From a virus (taxonomy: Duplodnaviria > Caudoviricetes), in the IMG/VR virus record IMGVR_UViG_3300037781_000042, positions 147,582 to 211,581 of that record: DNA of 64,000 nt. One strand, given 5' to 3'. Both the position numbers and the translations under genes were made by a program. A model generated the notes under the pieces. That model did not search any database. It was not told where the DNA came from and saw only the letters and a list, made by a program, of their open reading frames with translations. Positions 57,403-64,000 of the stretch are shown piece by piece; the first letter of the stretch is position 1; each line of letters opens with the position of its first letter.

Positions 57403-57798
57403 TTATTCTACTTCGTCTTCGTCTTCAGTTTCTTCTTTCTTTTTAGGTTTAGGCTCATCTAAAAGAGCAATTTCTTCAGGTTTTTCTGGCTCTCCTTCAG
57501 TATCATCAAATAAAAGACCTGCAGGTTCTCCTCCTTTCATATCATCAAAACTTGCTACGGGTTCTAAATCAGTACTTGAAAGTTGTGCAAAAGTTTGAGC
57601 ATCTAATTCATGATATAGATCGTGCATGTCCTTTTCTATCGTTGCCAATTTTACTTGGACCCAATCCGGTAAATCGTCTTGTGGTTGAAATAAATCAGAA
57701 GTTTTTTGAGAATATTCTGATATTGATTTTAATTGTGAGTGTGCTAAAGAACCTCCAGATAATCTTTCGTTTCCTATTGTTGCTTCAAATAATTTCAT
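57403..57798 (-). CDS. hypothetical phage protein
   Basis: 131 aa; LPDWVQVKLA motif; N-term MKLFE; AATATATA at 57829-57836 upstream. Confidence 0.6.
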   Translation of the reverse strand: MKLFEATIGNERLSGGSLAHSQLKSISEYSQKTSDLFQPQDDLPDWVQVKLATIEKDMHDLYHELDAQTFAQLSSTDLEPVASFDDMKGGEPAGLLFDDTEGEPEKPEEIALLDEPKPKKKEETEDEDEVE

Positions 57799-57838
57799 AC
57801 TTTTATTTTAATTTTTCTTAATATAAACTATATATTTT

Positions 57839-58681
57839 TTAAAATTCCAATCCTGTATCTTCTAAATCATTAGCATGTTGATGCCAGATACTCTCTTCTT
57901 GATCTATAGATAGTTTTATATTATTTTCTTTTGCATAAGTAAGTAATTTTCTATAAGCTCTACTATCAAAATCTACTAAATCTTCTAGAACCTTCTTCTG
58001 TTCTTTTTCACTTAATAATACTAAATATTCTACTGAATCTTCATATTTATAAGGAAAGTTAACATTATCAAAGGTAAAATTTCCTTTAATTTCAAAAGGA
58101 ACCTTTGTAGAAAGTAACTTATTATCATAACAAGAAAAAATTCTTCCTGCTTGCTCTAGACTCTCTAGACCATTAAGACTAGTTAACATATTCGTATAAC
58201 ACAAGAAATCTCCTCCTACAAACTTTAGATTTTCTAGTCCTTTAAAACTAATTAACTTGTTATCATAACACCAGAAACTACCTCCTACAGACTCTAAATT
58301 CTCTAGACCCTTAAAATTAGTTAAATTGTTCATCTGACACTCAAACCTTCTTCCTATAAACTTTAAACTCTCTAACCCCTCAAGAGTAGTTAACTTGTTC
58401 TCGCAACAATAAAAATCAACTCCTACATATTTAATTTTAAACGGTAACTTAGTTAAGTTCATAAAAGATAAATTTAAAACTCCAGTAGTACTAAAATACC
58501 CCTGTTCATCTATATTCCAATCTCCTGATAATATCAATTTACCCAAATAATCTTTTTTTCCTACTAGATGTTCTTCTATCCATTGTTTTACTTCTTCAGG
58601 ATCTTCTAAAGGAAACCTAGATTGATCTAACTCTTTACTTTCATTTATGAACTCTTTATATGTTTTAAATTCTTTATTCAT
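57839..58681 (-). CDS. family B LRR protein with capsid-targeting-like tag
   Basis: MNKEFKTYKEFINE; LDQSRFPLEDPEEVK; about five 23-aa repeats; ends LEDTGLEF. Confidence 0.8.
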   Translation of the reverse strand: MNKEFKTYKEFINESKELDQSRFPLEDPEEVKQWIEEHLVGKKDYLGKLILSGDWNIDEQGYFSTTGVLNLSFMNLTKLPFKIKYVGVDFYCCENKLTTLEGLESLKFIGRRFECQMNNLTNFKGLENLESVGGSFWCYDNKLISFKGLENLKFVGGDFLCYTNMLTSLNGLESLEQAGRIFSCYDNKLLSTKVPFEIKGNFTFDNVNFPYKYEDSVEYLVLLSEKEQKKVLEDLVDFDSRAYRKLLTYAKENNIKLSIDQEESIWHQHANDLEDTGLEF

Positions 58682-58683
58682 TT

Positions 58684-60927
58684 TTACCTTATAATATCTA
58701 ATGTAAATTCTAAGTTTTCTGAATCTACACAGATAAATTCTAAAATAGGTTTATTTCCAGAAGCAGATAAATCTAATCCACTTAAAGATCCCATTTCTAT
58801 AGAATATGATCCATCTTCTGATTGTGTTCTATTTATAGAATCTGTTAAGAAAGTGATTGCTTTTGGTAAATCTTCAGATAATATAAATTCGTGTTGAAAA
58901 GAAACCTTTAAACTTTGACCTTCTCTCCATTTAACATTAGAATCATCTATATAAAAAATCATCTTTTGTCCATCTGAAAGAGTTCTACTATCTGTTTTTA
59001 ATGTTTTATCATTCATTAATTTAAAATAGTTTGCTCCTGTATTTAATATATGAGAATGATAAAAAGCAGACTCGTCATTTTTATATTTCATCAAATCCCA
59101 GTCTACAATAGGATTTTTAGGTAAATTATATCCTTCATTTTCTATCCCAATTTTTACTAATCCTGGAATTGTTTTATCTATTGTAGCTCCTCTATCATTT
59201 TTTATAACATCTAAGTTATATGACATTTCTACACTAGTAAAGTTTTTGTAAATATTTAAAACTTCATCATAGTTTCTTTCTATTAAAGAAATAATTTCAT
59301 CTGAATTTTCAAATAAACTTTTAGAAGCAAGTAATGATTCTTCTATTTCTTCCATTTTTTCTTCTAAATCTGAAATAGTAGTTGAATTAATTATTAAATC
59401 TTCTAATTGATCTACTTTATCTTGAAGAACATTTATTCCATTTATATTTTCTAATAACCTATCGTGAGTTTCTTTCATTACATTTAATGCTTCTCCATAT
59501 AAATGCATTGAATAGTTATTATATTCATTTACTGTATTTACAGCAACTACATCCTGAGCATTCAAATCTAATTTTAAATTAATATCAAATGCATCTGCGT
59601 TTCCATTTTGTCTAGTAACTGTATTTGGTTTAAATTTCTTTCTTCTAGATATTTCACCACCATCAGTAACAGTATCTGTCCAATTATCTAAAAAGTAAAC
59701 TCCATATAAATTAGTAGTTGTTTTAGAAGGATCATCTAAATCTACTAAATCATAATAAATCAACATTGTATTATATTCAAAATCAGTAGCTAACTCAGAT
59801 CTATTGTAATCTTCCCAAGTTCTATATTTACCTTCTAAATTATCAGAATATGAACTGTCTAAACTAAAATCTAAAGCAATTCCATCTAATCTTGAACGTA
59901 AGAAAGTAACTTCTTTAGATACAGAATCTAAATTACCATCTATCTTCATCCAATCATTTCTATAATCATTTAGTTTAGTTGGCTCTAAAAAATAAGAATT
60001 TGCTTCTGGGTTAGGGTACCACCAACCACTTACAAAAGAATCTTCTCCTGATTTTTTAATTTCAAGGGCATAATCATTTACTCCAACTGATCCTGCACTA
60101 TATAATCCAGTATCATTATCGAAATGAGCTCTCATATCTAATCCCGAATGGTGGGTATCATTATAACTTCTTCCTGTTAAATATTCAGTATCTAAAGGAT
60201 TTACAGGCTTATGAGTTATTACGGTTCCTGCTTTATAATTGTTATCATCTATTATAGATTTAAATAAAACAGTAGGAGTACTTCCAACTGAATTTGGAAC
60301 TAAACAATGAATTTGATAATAAGAAGAATTTAAGTATTTTACACCGTTTACTGCATCTATGTTTCCAATATACTTTACTACTCTACTATATGGATATAAA
60401 TCACCTTCAGCTACAGTTCTAGTATCTTCTTCTACAAATCTTTTTCCAAGTTCTGCTCTATTTGCTAAACTGTCAGCATTTAAATTATCTTCTGTTCTAC
60501 GTGTTCTTTCTCCTCCATCTTGAGGATTTCCAATTTTAGCTTCTCTAAAACGAATTGCTCCTAATTCTTTTAACCACTTCCAAAAAACTCTTTCTGAAAC
60601 TGTTCTAGTTGCACTTGCATCATAACCAGATTGAGATACTAATAAAGTCTCTAAATTAAGACAATAATTTTGAAAGCTTTCTGCAAATGAAATATTGTAA
60701 TTATCTAAATCTGTTTGTAGATAAGAGGAAGGAATATTCTCTATTCCTGTTACATTTTTACCAGATGATCCTGATTTAATATTTGGTAAATCTAATAAAG
60801 CAAATTTAGAAAAATTAAATTGCTTTCTAGATCCTGCTTGTGAATAAGTAAAATCTTCAGATGCTGAAGGAAACGTATAAAGAGTTCCTCCTTGCTGTTT
60901 AATTGGTGATATTAACGGTGTTGCCAT
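58684..60927 (-). CDS. large hypothetical protein, probably virion structural
   Basis: 747 aa with coiled coil near residue 500; AATATATA at 60960-60967 upstream. Confidence 0.55.
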   Translation of the reverse strand: MATPLISPIKQQGGTLYTFPSASEDFTYSQAGSRKQFNFSKFALLDLPNIKSGSSGKNVTGIENIPSSYLQTDLDNYNISFAESFQNYCLNLETLLVSQSGYDASATRTVSERVFWKWLKELGAIRFREAKIGNPQDGGERTRRTEDNLNADSLANRAELGKRFVEEDTRTVAEGDLYPYSRVVKYIGNIDAVNGVKYLNSSYYQIHCLVPNSVGSTPTVLFKSIIDDNNYKAGTVITHKPVNPLDTEYLTGRSYNDTHHSGLDMRAHFDNDTGLYSAGSVGVNDYALEIKKSGEDSFVSGWWYPNPEANSYFLEPTKLNDYRNDWMKIDGNLDSVSKEVTFLRSRLDGIALDFSLDSSYSDNLEGKYRTWEDYNRSELATDFEYNTMLIYYDLVDLDDPSKTTTNLYGVYFLDNWTDTVTDGGEISRRKKFKPNTVTRQNGNADAFDINLKLDLNAQDVVAVNTVNEYNNYSMHLYGEALNVMKETHDRLLENINGINVLQDKVDQLEDLIINSTTISDLEEKMEEIEESLLASKSLFENSDEIISLIERNYDEVLNIYKNFTSVEMSYNLDVIKNDRGATIDKTIPGLVKIGIENEGYNLPKNPIVDWDLMKYKNDESAFYHSHILNTGANYFKLMNDKTLKTDSRTLSDGQKMIFYIDDSNVKWREGQSLKVSFQHEFILSEDLPKAITFLTDSINRTQSEDGSYSIEMGSLSGLDLSASGNKPILEFICVDSENLEFTLDIIR

Positions 60928-60992
60928 ATATCCTTTAAGTTATTAATCTTCTTAAAGTTTATATATTACTTTTTAAAACATAGATTTAAAAT

Positions 60993-61025
60993 AAAAACCT
61001 CCAAATGAACTTAATCAAATGGAGG
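60993..61025 (-). terminator. probable rho-independent terminator
   Basis: CCTCCA...TGGAGG imperfect stem followed by TTTTT on - strand, after the 61058 stop. Confidence 0.55.
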
Positions 61026-61057
61026 AAACATAACTATTAACAAATGGAAATAAAAGT

Positions 61058-61765
61058 TTAGTTTTCTACTATCATTGAATCTTCTTTTAAATCTTCTAAA
61101 TAAATATCTTTTATAACTTCTTCACCGCCATACATAAGTATTTCCGCCTCTATCCATCCAGAATAACTTAAAGATTCTACTTCTTTTCCTCTAAACGTAT
61201 ATCCTAAATCTTCTTTTTGATATTGTAAATTCTCCCAAAGTACAGGAATACCATCTTTTTCTATAGGACAATCATTTGACAATGTCATATAATCAACATT
61301 AACATTTTCTACATTATGATCGTCGATATAAACTTCAAGTCTAATTTTTCCTGGAAAATCAACAGATTCTATATCTTTTCCATCATACGTATATTGTCCT
61401 CTATTAAATGAAGTATCAGTTGGAATTCTAGTAAAAGCTTCAAACCAAGTATACGACTTATTTGTTTCTCCAGGTCTTTGAGGTCTTCCTGAAATAGATT
61501 TATAAAAAGCTTCATATTCTTCTCTTAAATTTTCACCATATATCTGATCCCATAGAGTAACAATTTCTTCTTTAGAAGCTCTTCCATTATAATCATCATC
61601 TAATGCTCTATAAAACCCTTCGTACTCTTCTTCCATGTTTTCACCATATACTTCATCCCATAAAGTAACGATTTCATCAATTGAAAATTTACTGTCTTCA
61701 TTTTCATTTAATTTATTTTTAAAGTAGCCATCAAATGATTCTACTATTCTATTTTCTTTTTTCAT
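61058..61765 (-). CDS. acidic hypothetical protein with capsid-targeting-like N-terminus and internal duplication
   Basis: MKKENRIVESFDGYFKNKLNE; EIVTLWDEVYGENMEEEYEGFY / EIVTLWDQIYGENLREEYEAFY repeat; AATATATA at 61798-61805. Confidence 0.65.
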   Translation of the reverse strand: MKKENRIVESFDGYFKNKLNENEDSKFSIDEIVTLWDEVYGENMEEEYEGFYRALDDDYNGRASKEEIVTLWDQIYGENLREEYEAFYKSISGRPQRPGETNKSYTWFEAFTRIPTDTSFNRGQYTYDGKDIESVDFPGKIRLEVYIDDHNVENVNVDYMTLSNDCPIEKDGIPVLWENLQYQKEDLGYTFRGKEVESLSYSGWIEAEILMYGGEEVIKDIYLEDLKEDSMIVEN

Positions 61766-61806
61766 AATTTCTTTTTTTTTTTTATAAAAGTATAATCTAT
61801 ATATTT

Positions 61807-62421
61807 TTAATCTTCAACCTGAAGTATTTGAATATTTCTAACATCTTCAATATTTATTTCTTCTCCTGTTGCAATACAAAATCTTACCAATTCCATATAT
61901 GTATCTAATTTTCTTGTATCTAAATTAAAGTCTTCAACAAATCTTTTTCTATAAATTTTTCCTACTTCAGAATCTAAAAACTCAGTAACAGTTTCTTCTT
62001 TATCTTCTTCTGTTAAATTTTCTGGAGGCATTTCAAATATAGAATTAGATCTATTCATAAAAAAATCTTGATACTTTTTAAAATCTTCATTTACTAATGG
62101 AATAATGCTTTTAAATATTTCTACTTCTTTTTCATATTCTTCACTTCCAGGTTCTAATATTTTTCCTCCTGTCATTTCTTCCATTTCTTTCATTTGATTA
62201 TAAACTTCCTTTTCATTTTCCGTACTTTCTCCTAAGTCATGAATAAAGCTACTTATTTGATTTGTAAATTCAATGTTATAATCATTTCCATATTTCTCTA
62301 CTCCTTTAGCTCTTAATTCTTCTGCTTCTTCTAGAATAGCATCTTTTAAATATCCTTTTTTATTCATATTCTTAAGTTTAATTAAATCTAATTCTACCCA
62401 AGCCTTTATTTCTTCTGTCAT
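61807..62421 (-). CDS. hypothetical protein
   Basis: 204-aa acidic ORF. Confidence 0.6.
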   Translation of the reverse strand: MTEEIKAWVELDLIKLKNMNKKGYLKDAILEEAEELRAKGVEKYGNDYNIEFTNQISSFIHDLGESTENEKEVYNQMKEMEEMTGGKILEPGSEEYEKEVEIFKSIIPLVNEDFKKYQDFFMNRSNSIFEMPPENLTEEDKEETVTEFLDSEVGKIYRKRFVEDFNLDTRKLDTYMELVRFCIATGEEINIEDVRNIQILQVED

Positions 62422-62440
62422 AATATTCTCTTTTTATATT

Positions 62441-62516
62441 AAAAAGTAAGGACGTAAAATTTGTGTATATTCAATTAACAAAAGGAGCCATTTGGAATGG
62501 TTTTTTACGTCCTTAC
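62441..62516 (-). terminator. long-loop terminator-like structure
   Basis: 14-bp perfect inverted repeat GTAAGGACGTAAAA/TTTTACGTCCTTAC around 43 nt, followed by TTTTT on - strand. Confidence 0.5.
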
Positions 62517-62523
62517 AGTAAAT

Positions 62524-64000
62524 TTATAAATATCTTTCTTTAAACGTTTCGTAAGTAATTGTTTCTATTCCTAACTTTTCTGCCTTTTTCATTTTTGAAG
62601 AAGTAGAACTTAAAGAATCTGTAATAAGTAAATCTGTGCCCGCTTTTAAAGAAGTGTGCTGAAATCCATTTTCTTCAGCTATTTGTAAAAATTCTTTTTT
62701 AACAGAATATCCAGATCCTTTAGGACTCCCAGTCATTTCAAATGTTTTCATAGTATCTCCATTTTCAGTTGGTCTTTCTAATAAATTCACCTTAACACCA
62801 TAATTTTCTAGTCTTACTAATATACCATATAACCTTTCACGATATAATCCAGCTTCTTCTACAAAGCTTTTAATTATTTCTTTTTCCATGTTTGCAAAAT
62901 CTTCTTCATTATAAGAAAAATATTTTGCTAATACTTTAGACATTCTTTTACCACAATTATCTATTTCCATTAAATAGATAACTTTTTCAATGTCAATATT
63001 TCTAACTTTATTAAAACCTTCTATTATTTTTCTAACTATTTTTCCATCAGAAAAACCATTTTCTGTTAATTGTTCGACATTCATTAAGTTCATATCAAAC
63101 AAATCAAAGACGTCAGAAAATAAATCAGTATCATAAAGTTTTTCGGCATTCTTAGTTCCTAAATAATCAAGTTCTAATTTAGTTGCTGCTGATACAAATT
63201 TTAATTTTTTTACTCCTTCGCATTCTTTATTAGAACACATTAAACGAATATCATTTTCTATTACTGTATGTGATCCACATTCAGGACAATTTTTAGGATA
63301 TTCCGTTTCATAAGCAGCTTCTGTAATTATTTTAGTTACTTGAGGAATAATATCTCCTTTTTTCTCAATTGCAACTCTTGCACCTGGCCATGTCTTATTT
63401 TTTCTAATAATTCCTAAATTATGGAGGGTTGCATGTTGAACAGTAGTTCCATCTAGTTCAATAGGTGCAAGTGTTGCAACTGGAGTAAATTCACCAGATT
63501 TTCCTAATCTCCAGTCAATATCTATAATTGAAGTTTCTGTTGTTTTAGGAATAAACTTAACTGCTAACCCCCATTCAGGATGAGTATCAGTTTCTCCTAA
63601 TTCTTTTCTTATTTCTGAATTTGCTACTTTAACTACAAATCCATCTAATTGATAAGGACATTCTTTTCTAAATACTTCCATCTTATCTTTAAATTCAATA
63701 AAATCTTCAGAATTTTCAAATGTCTTTTTAAATAAAAATTTATCTTTTAAGAAAGGATTATAGTCATCAAAACCTTCTCTAAAAAATTCGTAAAGTTCAT
63801 CTGTAGACCAAAACTCAAAGGTATCATTTCTATATTCTCTTAATTCAAAAGGAACAATTGAAATGTCATTTAAATCTACGTCAATAGTCTTTTGAGCAAG
63901 TATTCCTGAAACTATATTTCTAGGATTTTTAAAATCTTTAGAATATTTTTCTTCAAAAATATCTACTCTCATTAAAATTTCTCCTCTAACTTCTACTTTA
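62524..64000 (-). CDS. ligA: NAD-dependent DNA ligase (5' part outside window)
   Basis: KVEVRGEIL upstream of the track start, LDGFVVK, THPEWGLAVKF, GKSGEFTPVA, ATLHN, KGDIIPQV, CPECGS zinc finger, C-terminal BRCT. Confidence 0.9.
   Translation of the reverse strand, partial: KVEVRGEILMRVDIFEEKYSKDFKNPRNIVSGILAQKTIDVDLNDISIVPFELREYRNDTFEFWSTDELYEFFREGFDDYNPFLKDKFLFKKTFENSEDFIEFKDKMEVFRKECPYQLDGFVVKVANSEIRKELGETDTHPEWGLAVKFIPKTTETSIIDIDWRLGKSGEFTPVATLAPIELDGTTVQHATLHNLGIIRKNKTWPGARVAIEKKGDIIPQVTKIITEAAYETEYPKNCPECGSHTVIENDIRLMCSNKECEGVKKLKFVSAATKLELDYLGTKNAEKLYDTDLFSDVFDLFDMNLMNVEQLTENGFSDGKIVRKIIEGFNKVRNIDIEKVIYLMEIDNCGKRMSKVLAKYFSYNEEDFANMEKEIIKSFVEEAGLYRERLYGILVRLENYGVKVNLLERPTENGDTMKTFEMTGSPKGSGYSVKKEFLQIAEENGFQHTSLKAGTDLLITDSLSSTSSKMKKAEKLGIETITYETFKERYL

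Noticed and set aside
517-57821. Short ORFs antisense to or nested in long genes (e.g. 517-714, 3862-4092, 4585-4938, 23696-24055, 36737-37030, 45403-45588, 49169-49354, 56898-57152)
   Set aside because: Fully overlap well-supported genes, have no motifs, and show shadow-frame composition
3246-58681. Diversity-generating retroelement driving LRR variation
   Set aside because: No reverse transcriptase and no template/variable repeat pair with adenine-specific differences seen in this window
1-64000. CRISPR arrays, tRNA and rRNA genes
   Set aside because: No regularly spaced repeat-spacer units or cloverleaf-like GC-rich segments found by eye; intergenic gaps are mostly too short; tRNAscan would be needed to be certain
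1-64000. Host assignment
   Set aside because: Low GC, Shine-Dalgarno-like AGGAG sites and diderm-like membrane proteins are not enough to name a host

Overview
Very AT-rich, densely coding 64-kb segment of a T4-related jumbo (huge) myovirus genome, read in the standard genetic code. It carries a replication/recombination block (gp47, gp46 N-fragment, gp41 helicase, uvsX, gp43 C-half, probable sliding clamp, gp32, RuvC-like resolvase, RNase H, NAD-dependent ligase cut by the window edge). It also has baseplate/tail-like genes, two peptidoglycan hydrolases (GH19, CHAP), a double glycosyltransferase and three expanded families of leucine-rich-repeat (LRR) proteins. Main observations: (1) Core genes are fractured. 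uvsX is split by an atypically split intein (24-aa IntN, about 166-aa IntC) around a free-standing Vsr/EDxHD-like endonuclease whose start codon sits in an RNA hairpin. gp46 is present only as 40 residues plus a 29-aa IntN followed by a terminator, with no partner in the window. DNA polymerase is present only as its C-terminal half. (2) About a dozen otherwise unrelated proteins, including LRR proteins with variable binding faces, a zincin protease and the GH19 enzyme, share an N-terminal tag resembling the T4 capsid-targeting sequence, suggesting a large virion-packaged, injected protein payload. (3) Two recurring promoter-like motifs separate replication genes from structural/tagged genes. 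No tRNA, rRNA or CRISPR array was seen. All product calls come from motif recognition by eye; no database search was run.
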